From positions 31,877 to 95,876 of the forward strand of contig JAZOMG010000052.1 in assembly GCA_045653705.1 (NCBI GenBank): a stretch of DNA of 64,000 bases. Reading direction: 5' to 3'. Every line of letters starts with the position of its first letter. The first letter of the stretch is position 1. Source of the DNA: Eubacteriales bacterium (lineage in GTDB: Bacteria > Bacillota > Clostridia > Oscillospirales > CAG-272). Below the pieces are notes generated by a model, which did not search any database, was not told the DNA's origin, and saw only the letters and a list, made by a program, of their open reading frames with translations. A program made the position numbers and the translations under genes. Shown in pieces: positions 8,800 through 17,258 of this stretch.

Positions 8800-10058
8800 G
8801 GATAAGGGTCTTACCCTCGGATACGGGGGGAGAGGTAAAGGCGATAGCCTCAAAATCGGCGGCACACAGGCTGCTTATATGCGCCGCCTTCGCCAAGGGC
8901 GATACGGTCATCGGATGTGAGGAGATAAACGAGGATATATCGGCGACCGTACGTTGTCTCACGGCGCTTGGGGCTAAGATAGAAAGAAGAAATAAGGAAT
9001 ATTTTGTAAGCCCCGTAAGGGAGCTTAAGAGAGGCGCTTTGCTTGACTGCGGAGAAAGCGGCTCGACTATGCGTTTTCTTGTTCCCGTGGCTTGTATGCT
9101 TGGGGCTGACGCATCCTTTTTGATGTCGGGCAGATTACCTCTGCGCCCTCTTTCCCCTCTGCGCGAGGAGTTAGAGCGAGGCGGCATAGAATTTACACCC
9201 ATCGGGAGCAACCCTCTCGTATGCAAAGGGCAGTTGGGGGAGCGGGAATTTTCCATAGACGGAGGCGTTTCCTCTCAGTTTATAAGCGGCTTGCTTTTCG
9301 CCATCGCCGCTTCGGGTGAGGGTGGAAAAGTGCGTATCAAGGGAAGGCTTGAATCAAAGCCTTACATCGACCTTACGGTAGATACTCTCGGCATATTCGG
9401 CGTTAAGGTCACCGAGACCGAATACGGATATGAAATAGCCGAAAACGGCGGACTTCTCTCACCTGAAAGCGTAGAAGCAGAGGGGGATTGGTCGGGCGCC
9501 GCCTTTCCTCTTTGTATGGGCGCTATAGGAAAAGCCCCTGTAACCGTTCGGGGATTGAATATGGCTTCCTCACAGGGAGATAAGGCTATTATTGACATAT
9601 TGCGGGCTATGGGCGCGAGAGTTGAAACAGCGGATAGCTCTGTTACTGTGTTTCCGTCATCGCTTCAAGGCGTAAGCGTAGACGCGTCCCAGATACCCGA
9701 CCTTGTTCCCATTCTCGCCGTTGTCGCTTCGGTGGCAAAAGGACGAACGGTCATCTACAATGCGGGCAGATTGAGAATTAAGGAAAGCGACAGACTGATG
9801 GCGGTGAGTGACACGCTGAGCCGCTTGGGAGCTGACGTAAAAGAGACAGAGGACGGACTGTCCATCGAGGGCAGAGAAAGGCTTTCGGGCGGCGAGGTGT
9901 CAGCCTATGGCGACCACCGAATAGTGATGAGCGCGGCGGTGGCGGCTCTGCGGTGCGACGGCGAGGTCATAATAAACGGAGCCGAAGCGGTATCGAAATC
10001 CTATCCCTCTTTCTTTGAGGATATGGCAGAGCTTGGGCTTGTGAGCAGAGAGGGATAA
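8796..10058 (+). CDS. aroA: 3-phosphoshikimate 1-carboxyvinyltransferase (EPSP synthase)
   Basis: 420 aa. ...SKSAAHRLLICAAFA...CGESGSTMRFL...KESDRL...DHRIVMSAAVAAL. 4-nt overlap with aroB. Confidence 0.93.
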   Translation: MRIRVLPSDTGGEVKAIASKSAAHRLLICAAFAKGDTVIGCEEINEDISATVRCLTALGAKIERRNKEYFVSPVRELKRGALLDCGESGSTMRFLVPVACMLGADASFLMSGRLPLRPLSPLREELERGGIEFTPIGSNPLVCKGQLGEREFSIDGGVSSQFISGLLFAIAASGEGGKVRIKGRLESKPYIDLTVDTLGIFGVKVTETEYGYEIAENGGLLSPESVEAEGDWSGAAFPLCMGAIGKAPVTVRGLNMASSQGDKAIIDILRAMGARVETADSSVTVFPSSLQGVSVDASQIPDLVPILAVVASVAKGRTVIYNAGRLRIKESDRLMAVSDTLSRLGADVKETEDGLSIEGRERLSGGEVSAYGDHRIVMSAAVAALRCDGEVIINGAEAVSKSYPSFFEDMAELGLVSREG

Positions 10059-10065
10059 CTGCGAA

Positions 10066-10330
10066 GCCTCGTAGGGCGGGGGCTTGCTCCCGCCGAAACA
10101 AGGGACAATACTCTCGCAAAAACAACAGGATACAAATGGCGACCCACAAAAGCAACCACATATGCGACTTCGTCGCGGATTCACGAACGCTTCGCGTTCT
10201 ACACCTCATCAGTCATACCGCAAGGGTATGACAGCTTCCCCTCAAGGGGAAGCCTTTAGATTAGTTTCGCTTTGTTTATAGGCTTCCCCTTGAGGGGAAG
10301 CTGTCGAGCGAACGCGAGACTGATGAGGTG
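10066..10330. repeat. Diverged, inverted copy of the ~200-nt element (see 31863 and 57634) plus a long inverted repeat, sitting between aroA and aroC
   Basis: GTAGGGCGGGGGCTTGCTCCCGCC (10071-10094), ACTCTCGCAA and ACAAATGGCGAC blocks match the reverse complement of copies A and B. Arms 10202-10253 and 10281-10330 are inverted: CACCTCATCAG-hairpin-GCTTCCCCTCAAGGGGAAGC // GCTTCCCCTTGAGGGGAAGC-hairpin-CTGATGAGGTG. Confidence 0.7.
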
Positions 10331-10362
10331 GCGAGTACAAAAACACATCGAAAGGTAGTATT

Positions 10363-11451
10363 ATGTCTACAAGTTACGGTAAAAATATAAATATAACCAT
10401 ATACGGCGGGTCTCACGACAGCGAGATAGGCATTTTCGCCAAGGGACTTCCCGCGGGCTTTGCCTTTGACCGAGAGGAGCTTCTCGCCTTTATGAAAAGG
10501 CGCGCCCCGGGGCAAAATTCGATGTCAACTCAGCGCAAGGAGCTTGATATTCCCGAATTTTTGTCGGGAGTAGCCGAGGGAGATATTCTGACAGGGGAGA
10601 CGCTTCACGCGGTTATAAAAAATACAAATCAACGCTCTTCGGATTATTCGGATACCGCCTTTATCCCAAGACCCTCTCACGCCGATTTTGCCGCAAGACA
10701 GAAATACGGCGAGGGCGTTGACCTCCGAGGCGGCGGACATTTTTCGGGCAGACTTACCGCCCCTATGTGTATCGTGGGTGGGATATGCTTGCAGTATCTT
10801 AAAACCCTCGGGATAGAAATTGCCGCTCACGTATATTCTGTGGGTGACGTATACGATATCCCCTTTGACCTTGCGGGTGTGGGGGAGAGCGAATTTGCTA
10901 TTTTGCGCAGCCGTTCGGATTTTCCTGTTCTTTGCGAACAGGCGGGGCAGAAGATGCGTATGCTGATAGAAGAGGCAAGAGCCGAGGGGGACTCGGTAGG
11001 CGGTATAATAGAATGCGCCGCCACGGGGCTTCCCGCGGGACTTGGAGAGCATATGTTTGACGGCGTTGAAAATCGCATAGCGGGGATAATTTTCGGTATT
11101 CCCGCCGTAAAGGGAATAGAATTTGGAGCGGGCTTTGGCTCTGCGCGTCTGCGGGGCTCGGAGAATAACGACCCCTTTCTTACCGACGGAAAGCGGATAT
11201 ATACATCCACCAACCGCGCGGGGGGAATACTTGGGGGAATGACTACGGGAATGCCAATTGTGTTCAGAGGAGCGATAAAGCCCACGCCGTCCATATTCAA
11301 GGAGCAGGACAGCGTGGATATGGTAACTATGAAGCCTGCAAAGCTGAAAATAAGTGGCAGACACGACCCTTGCATAGTCCTGCGGGCACTTCCCGTTTTT
11401 GAAGCGGCGGCGGCTATTGCCATATGCGACCTTCTCGCCGACAGCCAATAA
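10363..11451 (+). CDS. aroC: Chorismate synthase
   Basis: 362 aa. ...GGSHD...RRAPGQ....T.R.E.D...SG...RPSHAD...KYG..D.RGGG..SGR.TA... Confidence 0.92.
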   Translation: MSTSYGKNINITIYGGSHDSEIGIFAKGLPAGFAFDREELLAFMKRRAPGQNSMSTQRKELDIPEFLSGVAEGDILTGETLHAVIKNTNQRSSDYSDTAFIPRPSHADFAARQKYGEGVDLRGGGHFSGRLTAPMCIVGGICLQYLKTLGIEIAAHVYSVGDVYDIPFDLAGVGESEFAILRSRSDFPVLCEQAGQKMRMLIEEARAEGDSVGGIIECAATGLPAGLGEHMFDGVENRIAGIIFGIPAVKGIEFGAGFGSARLRGSENNDPFLTDGKRIYTSTNRAGGILGGMTTGMPIVFRGAIKPTPSIFKEQDSVDMVTMKPAKLKISGRHDPCIVLRALPVFEAAAAIAICDLLADSQ

Positions 11452-11469
11452 TATTTTGAAAGGATAGCT

Positions 11470-12660
11470 ATGAAGCTAACGGCAAAGCATACGGTCAGGG
11501 CATCCTACGTAGGATACCTGACACAAGCCATAACAATAAACTTTGCGCCCCTGCTTTTCGTTACCTTTGAGAAGACCTACAATATTTCTCTGGGTAAGAT
11601 AGGGCTTCTTATCGGCGTCAGCTTTTTGACACAGCTCATAGCCGACGGACTTGCGGCGCGTCTTTCTGACAAAATAAATACGAGAGCCGCCACAATAGCG
11701 GCGCATATATGCGCGGTTTTGGGAATGACGGGCTTTGCCTATCTTCCCGACCTGTTGCCTGACCCCTATATAGGTCTTATGATATCGGTCATCGTAGCCG
11801 CTGTGGGCGGCGGTATAATCGAGGTATTTATAAGCCCTATCGTGGAAGCCGCGCCTGTTGAAAATAAAAGCGGACAGATGAGCCTTTTGCACTCCTTTTA
11901 CAGCTGGGGTCTTGCGGGAGTTGTTCTCTTGTCCACGCTGTTCTTTAAATTTGTGGGTATTGAGCATTGGCGTATACTTTCCTGCCTTTGGGCAATAGTG
12001 CCTGCCGTTGGGGCGGTCGCCTTTTGCTTCGTGCCTATATACGAGCTTTCGGCGGTAACCGAGGGAGAGGGAGAAAAAACCTCTATATTCCGCTCGGGAA
12101 GCTTTTGGATATTTATAGTTATGATGTTCTCCGCGGGAGCGGCAGAGCAGGCTATGAGCCAATGGGCATCCAACTTTGCCGAAACGGGGCTTGGAGTGGA
12201 TAAGGCTATGGGAGATCTGCTGGGGCCCTTCTGCTTTGCCATTCTTATGGGTCTTGCCCGCGTGGGCTACGGAAAGGCAAGCGGCAGAATACGACTTGTA
12301 AAATTTATAGCCATATCCTCGGTCTTGTGTATCGCGGCGTACCTTATAGCCGCTCTGTCGCCCTTTCCGCTGCTTTCTCTTGCGGGCTGCGCCCTTTGCG
12401 GTCTTGCTACGGGAATTATGTGGCCTGGAACTTACAGCATGGCGGCGGCGAGAATGCAAGGCGGCGTTCGGATGTTCGCTCTCTTGGCTATGGCGGGAGA
12501 CCTTGGCTGCCTCGTCGGACCTACGGCGGCGGGCTGGATAGCCGAGGCTTGCGGAAACAAATTACAGGTTTCCTTTCTTGTGTCGGCGGTATTTCCCGTG
12601 CTCATACTGCTGATGATATTTATAGAAATGAAAAAGAGACGGAGAAAGAAAAAGGGATAA
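11470..12660 (+). CDS. MFS transporter (substrate unknown) embedded in the aro operon
   Basis: 396 aa, about 12 predicted TM segments, basic C-terminal tail KKRRRKKKG. Confidence 0.7.
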   Translation: MKLTAKHTVRASYVGYLTQAITINFAPLLFVTFEKTYNISLGKIGLLIGVSFLTQLIADGLAARLSDKINTRAATIAAHICAVLGMTGFAYLPDLLPDPYIGLMISVIVAAVGGGIIEVFISPIVEAAPVENKSGQMSLLHSFYSWGLAGVVLLSTLFFKFVGIEHWRILSCLWAIVPAVGAVAFCFVPIYELSAVTEGEGEKTSIFRSGSFWIFIVMMFSAGAAEQAMSQWASNFAETGLGVDKAMGDLLGPFCFAILMGLARVGYGKASGRIRLVKFIAISSVLCIAAYLIAALSPFPLLSLAGCALCGLATGIMWPGTYSMAAARMQGGVRMFALLAMAGDLGCLVGPTAAGWIAEACGNKLQVSFLVSAVFPVLILLMIFIEMKKRRRKKKG

Positions 12661-12663
12661 AAA

Positions 12664-13809
12664 ATGGAGCTTAAGGAATTAAGAGAAGAAATAGACGGTA
12701 TCGACAGGGAGCTTGTTGAGCTTTTCAAAAAGAGAATGGGAGTGTCGGCGGCAGTTGCCGAGTATAAAAGACAGAACGGAATGGCTGTTCTCGACCCATC
12801 GAGAGAGAGGGCTCTGCTGGCGAAAATATCCGAGCTTTCGGGTGAGGAATTTGAGGAGTATTCGAGAATATTATATTCCACAATACTCGACGTCTCCCGC
12901 GCCTATCAGCACAGTAAGCTTGATACGGCATCATCGCTTTATGACGAGATAACCGACGCGCTGGAGAATACGCCCAAGCTCTTTCCCCAAAGGGCGGTGG
13001 TTGCCTGTCAGGGAGTTGAGGGCGCGTATTCGCAGATAGCGGCGGAAAAGCTTTTTTCCGCCCCCGATATAGTTTTCTTTTCAAGCTGGGATAAGGTGTT
13101 CTCGGCTATTGAGGCGGGAATGTGCAGATATGGTGTGATACCCATAGAAAACAGCACCGCAGGCTCTGTTAAGCAGGTCTATGACCTTATGATAAGCAGA
13201 AAATTCAAGATAGTCCGCACAGTCCGCATAAAGATAGACCACAATCTTCTTGCCCTGCCCGATACGTCTCTTTCGGATATCCGCGAGATAGTTTCTCACG
13301 AGCAGGCGATAAATCAATGCTCGGCGTTTCTGTCCTCTCTCGGTCCTGACGTAAAGATAACGAGAGTTGAAAATACCGCAAAGGCGGCAGAAATGGTGGC
13401 GAAGTCGGGCAGACGTGACCTGGCGTCAATATCCTCCCGCTCCTGCGCTGCTCAGTACGGTCTGTCCACGCTTCAAGCTTCCATACAGGATAACGGAAAC
13501 AATCATACGAGATTTATCTGTATTACAAATAAGACCGAGATATACCCGGGCGCTGACCGCACGAGCCTGATGGTGGTCACACCCCATAAGCCGGGCGCGC
13601 TCTACCGTATGCTGTCAAAATTCAACGCGCTGGGCATCAACCTCTTGAAGCTGGAATCCCGTCCAATACCCGACAGAGACTTTGAATTTATGTTTTACTT
13701 CGACCTTGAGGCAAGCGTTTATTCCCCAAAGCTTGCGGGGCTTCTTGCCGAGCTTGAGCGAGAGTGCGAGGAGTTTTCCTACCTCGGTACATATTCGGAG
13801 ATGATCTGA
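12664..13809 (+). CDS. pheA: Bifunctional chorismate mutase / prephenate dehydratase (P-protein)
   Basis: N-terminal AroQ-type CM (LKELREEIDGIDRELVELFKKRM), a central PDT domain (ACQGVEGAYSQIAA..., TRF motif) and a C-terminal ACT domain (SLMVVTPHKPGALY..L..F....INL.KLESRP). Confidence 0.9.
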   Translation: MELKELREEIDGIDRELVELFKKRMGVSAAVAEYKRQNGMAVLDPSRERALLAKISELSGEEFEEYSRILYSTILDVSRAYQHSKLDTASSLYDEITDALENTPKLFPQRAVVACQGVEGAYSQIAAEKLFSAPDIVFFSSWDKVFSAIEAGMCRYGVIPIENSTAGSVKQVYDLMISRKFKIVRTVRIKIDHNLLALPDTSLSDIREIVSHEQAINQCSAFLSSLGPDVKITRVENTAKAAEMVAKSGRRDLASISSRSCAAQYGLSTLQASIQDNGNNHTRFICITNKTEIYPGADRTSLMVVTPHKPGALYRMLSKFNALGINLLKLESRPIPDRDFEFMFYFDLEASVYSPKLAGLLAELERECEEFSYLGTYSEMI

Positions 13810-15053
13810 TGAAAAACGGATATAAAAAAATGAGATGCGCCCTTATTGGGGAGCATCTCGGACACAGCTTTTCAAGGATAATTCACGAAAAGATTGCCGA
13901 TTATTCCTATGACCTCGTTGAGCTTACCCCCGACAGAGTAGGGGATTTCGTAAGGAACGGGGGATATGATGCCTTTAACGTGACCATACCCTACAAAAAA
14001 GAGGTAATTCCTTACCTTGACCGCATATCTCCCGAGGCAGAGAGGATAGGCGCGGTAAATACGGTGGTGCGCCGAGCCGACGGAAGCCTTGACGGATATA
14101 ATACCGATTATTTCGGCTTTGACCGAATGATAGATGCCCTTGGCGTAGACCCCGCTGGGAAAAAGGCGGTGGTCCTCGGAAGCGGCGGTGCATCTGTTAC
14201 CGTACAGACCGTTCTTGCCGACAGAGGCGCGGGAGAAATAATCGTTGTGGGCAGAGCCCTTGAGAACAACTACGGCAACATAGACAGGCATTTTGATGCC
14301 GATATTATAGTAAATACGACCCCTGTGGGAATGTATCCGAATAACGGCGAATGTCCTGTGGAGCTGTCAAATTTCAAAAAATGCGGCGCTGTCCTTGACC
14401 TTATCTACAACCCTGCCAAAACTCAGCTTTTGCTTGAAGCTGAGGCCTTGGGTATTCCCCATATAAACGGACTTTATATGCTTGCGGCGCAGGCGGTAAG
14501 AGCCTATGAATTTTTCACGCAAGACAGCGCGGAGAGGGGAATTATCAAAAAGATAACCGCCGATATATCCTTTGATACGAAAAATATAATTCTTATCGGT
14601 ATGCCCGGTTGCGGAAAGAGTACCGTTGGAAAAATCATAGCACGTATGACGGAACGCCCCTTTTTTGATGCCGACGACGAATTTACGGCTATGCACGGCA
14701 TTACCCCCGCAGAGGCGATAACCTCTATGGGTGAGGAGCGCTTCAGAGAGCTTGAGCATAAGACCCTATGCGCCCTGGGTAAGAATAGCGGCGCGGTCAT
14801 AGCCTGCGGCGGCGGAGCTGTGACAAAGGAATACAACTATGCGCCTCTGCATCAGAACGGAATTATTGTCTATCTGCGGCGGGAGCTGTCAAGGCTGGCT
14901 ACAAATGGCAGACCTCTATCCCAAGGGCGTACCGCAGAAGAGCTGTACGAAGCTCGCAGAGAAGCATACGAGCGCTTTGCCGATATTCGGACAGACAGTA
15001 CCGAGATACCCGAAAAAACCGCGGAGCTTATACTGAGTGAGCTTAAAAAATAA
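13809..15053 (+). CDS. Fused shikimate dehydrogenase (N-terminal) / shikimate kinase (C-terminal)
   Basis: AroE motifs (LIGEHLGHSFSRIIH, FNVTIPYKK, GAVNTV, GYNTDYFGF, VLGSGGAS) are followed by the AroK P-loop IILIGMPGCGKSTVGKIIA...FFDADDE. I prefer ATG 13809-13811, which overlaps the pheA TGA, over the track start at 13764. Confidence 0.88.
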   Translation: MKNGYKKMRCALIGEHLGHSFSRIIHEKIADYSYDLVELTPDRVGDFVRNGGYDAFNVTIPYKKEVIPYLDRISPEAERIGAVNTVVRRADGSLDGYNTDYFGFDRMIDALGVDPAGKKAVVLGSGGASVTVQTVLADRGAGEIIVVGRALENNYGNIDRHFDADIIVNTTPVGMYPNNGECPVELSNFKKCGAVLDLIYNPAKTQLLLEAEALGIPHINGLYMLAAQAVRAYEFFTQDSAERGIIKKITADISFDTKNIILIGMPGCGKSTVGKIIARMTERPFFDADDEFTAMHGITPAEAITSMGEERFRELEHKTLCALGKNSGAVIACGGGAVTKEYNYAPLHQNGIIVYLRRELSRLATNGRPLSQGRTAEELYEARREAYERFADIRTDSTEIPEKTAELILSELKK

Positions 15054-15073
15054 AGAGCCGAAAGGAAAGAAAA

Positions 15074-15496
15074 ATGAAGCTTTTAGTTATAAACGGACCT
15101 AATCTGAATATGCTTGGCATACGCGAGCCCGATATTTACGGCAAGGAGGATTTTGCCTCTCTTGAAAAATTCATAAAGGACTCGGCAGAGGAGCTTGGAC
15201 ATAAGGTCACGCTTTTTCAATCCAATCACGAGGGAGAGATGGTGGACGTTATTCAATCGGCTTACGGAGTTTACGAGGGTATAATTATAAACCCCGCGGC
15301 ATATACGCATACAAGCGTAGCTATACTCGACGCCCTAAAGGCGGTAGGAATAGACACGGTTGAGGTGCATCTGTCGGATATAAACGGGCGAGAGGAATTT
15401 CGCAAATTCTCTTACGTTTCAATGATAGCAAAGAAAACTATTTGCGGTCTTGGCTTCGAGGGCTACCGCAAAGCCCTTGAATGGTTTGGAAAATAA
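15074..15496 (+). CDS. aroQ: Type II 3-dehydroquinate dehydratase
   Basis: MKLLVINGPNLNMLGIREPDIYG...SNHEGE.VD.IQ......GIIINPAAYTHTSVAI.DA. Confidence 0.93.
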   Translation: MKLLVINGPNLNMLGIREPDIYGKEDFASLEKFIKDSAEELGHKVTLFQSNHEGEMVDVIQSAYGVYEGIIINPAAYTHTSVAILDALKAVGIDTVEVHLSDINGREEFRKFSYVSMIAKKTICGLGFEGYRKALEWFGK

Positions 15497-15530
15497 GATT
15501 ATCATTCTTTATTCGTAAGGGACATCATTT

Positions 15531-15607
15531 GTCATCCTGAGCCTTTTCGCCTACGGCGAAAGCCACGCACTTCTTTTTGCTACGCAAAAGCCACGAACGT
15601 AAGTTCG
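15531..15607. repeat. Family 2 terminus (GTCATCCTGAGCC) followed by two family 1 hairpin units
   Basis: GTCATCCTGAGCC-TTTTCGCCTACGGCGAAAGCCACGCAC-TTCTTTTTGCTACGCAAAAGCCACGAAC is almost colinear with 2284-2357. It lies in the convergent aroQ/thiN gap. Confidence 0.75.
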
Positions 15608-15634
15608 CAACACTCTGCACTCTGCATTCCGCAT

Positions 15635-16267
15635 TTAATTATCCGCGTCTTTGCTTTCAACTATATAAAGTCCGCCCTTGCGTACGGAGATGAGAGCGCA
15701 GTTCCCAACTATCTCATTAGAAACGGCAAACTGGAAATCCCTTGTGAGCTTTGCGTTGCTCAACGGATACTTGCAGCCCTCAACCGATACGCCCTTTACC
15801 TTTTCGGAAAGGCAGAGCAGGGATAGATAGCGGTAGCCGCTACGAGCTACAAGTGTACTTGTGGAATTGATGTACCGAACTCGATTGAAGCCGTCGGCAA
15901 TAACGGCGTGAATACGCTTTTTGTTCAGATCCTCAAGAATAGACAGGTTTGACAGAGTGTGGTCGAGCCTGCCGCTAAGACCGCCGATGATGACTATCTC
16001 GGCGGCGCCCTTTTTTAGAGCGGTATCTACCGCTAACTGTGTATCGGTAAAATCCTTTTCCGCGGGAACCTGAAGCAGCTCTACGTCTTTCGGAATATCC
16101 TTTGTGTCAAGGCTGTCAAGATCTCCGAGAAGAATATCGGGATGAACGCCTAAACTGAGGGCGTTTTTGTAGCCTGCGTCGGCGGCAATTATAAGGTCGT
16201 CGCCCTTTGGATGCTCGGTGACGTTGCGAGGGTGTACGTTTCCCCCCGTATAAATAAAGGCTTTCAT
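15635..16267 (-). CDS. thiN: Thiamine diphosphokinase
   Basis: 210 aa. ...IAADAGY......G..PD.LLGDLDS...... and the C-terminal TPK B1-binding domain. Conserved position after rsgA. Confidence 0.85.
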   Translation of the reverse strand: MKAFIYTGGNVHPRNVTEHPKGDDLIIAADAGYKNALSLGVHPDILLGDLDSLDTKDIPKDVELLQVPAEKDFTDTQLAVDTALKKGAAEIVIIGGLSGRLDHTLSNLSILEDLNKKRIHAVIADGFNRVRYINSTSTLVARSGYRYLSLLCLSEKVKGVSVEGCKYPLSNAKLTRDFQFAVSNEIVGNCALISVRKGGLYIVESKDADN

Positions 16268-16284
16268 TTTCTATGTATTACCTC

Positions 16285-17238
16285 TCAGTTCCATTTTTTC
16301 TTTGCCTTGAGGGTGGTGAAAAGCTCAAGATAGCTATCGTGACGGGATCTTGGAATATCTCCACTCTTGACCGCCGCAAGGATGGCGCAGCCGTCTTCTT
16401 TGGTGTGGGAGCATTTTGTGTATCGGCACTCCCCTATATAGGGCACAAACTCGCGAAAGGTAGACACAAGGTCGTCTATTCCAAAAAAGTCGAAGCGCAC
16501 GAAATCCAGCATAGAAAAGCCCGGGGTGTCGGCAATGTAGCCACAGCCGCTAGCATCGGAAAGAGGAAACAGCTCCACCTCTCTGGTGGTGTGCCGTCCG
16601 CGTTCTATCTTTCGGCTTATCTCCGAGGTTGACAGAGAAAGATTTGGGAAAAGTCTGTTCATAAGAGTGGACTTTCCTATACCCGAAGCCCCCGCAAAGG
16701 CGGCTGTTTTTCCGTCCATATTATCCCGAATAAAGCTGTCGATAGGCTCTATGCCCCTGTTTTCCACCGCGCTGAGGGAAAAGCAGGTAAAGCCGCATCC
16801 CGTATAATCCGAGTAAAGGCTCTCGGCAAGGTCGGGAGACAGCTCGTTTTTTGTTATTACGATAATAGGCTCGATGCCGTTAAACTCGGCTATGGCGATA
16901 AGCTTGTCCACAGTTGTCAGAATTGGGGTGGGGGCGGCAGACGCCATAGTTATAAAGAGATAGTCAAGGTTTGCCATAGGGGGGCGTATAAGAGCATTTT
17001 TGCGCTCAGCTATGCTGTCGATAACGTAGCCCGACCCCTCGTCACCCTTTTGAGCTGTGTCGGCAGGCAGTAGATACACGGTATCCCCTGCCAAGGGGGT
17101 TATGCCCTCATGGCGAAAGGAGCCTCTTGCGCGGCACTTTATAACAGTACCGCCATCGGCAGAGCCGCCCGACAGGAGCCTTACCGAGTAAAGCCCCCCA
17201 ACGCCCTTTATTATTTTGCCTGTTATCCTGTTTTCCAT
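16285..17238 (-). CDS. rsgA: Ribosome small-subunit-dependent GTPase A
   Basis: OB-fold N-terminus, circularly permuted GTPase (ITKNEL, GASGIGKSTLMN) and a C-terminal Zn knuckle (CRYTKCSHTKEDGCA). Confidence 0.92.
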   Translation of the reverse strand: MENRITGKIIKGVGGLYSVRLLSGGSADGGTVIKCRARGSFRHEGITPLAGDTVYLLPADTAQKGDEGSGYVIDSIAERKNALIRPPMANLDYLFITMASAAPTPILTTVDKLIAIAEFNGIEPIIVITKNELSPDLAESLYSDYTGCGFTCFSLSAVENRGIEPIDSFIRDNMDGKTAAFAGASGIGKSTLMNRLFPNLSLSTSEISRKIERGRHTTREVELFPLSDASGCGYIADTPGFSMLDFVRFDFFGIDDLVSTFREFVPYIGECRYTKCSHTKEDGCAILAAVKSGDIPRSRHDSYLELFTTLKAKKKWN

Positions 17239-17258
17239 AAATTAGTCCTTTTTAAAAG

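Noticed and set aside
10318-10365. Hammerhead-ribozyme-like core: CTGATGAG-GTG...CAT-CGAAA just upstream of aroC.
   Set aside because: Stem II (GGUG/CAUC) and the CUGAUGA/GAAA boxes are present. However, the A15.1-U16.1 pair, a proper stem III and a cleavage-site triplet cannot be formed. The segment downstream of GAAA is the aroC RBS and start codon. CTGATGAGGTG is simply the outer arm of the 10202-10330 inverted repeat.
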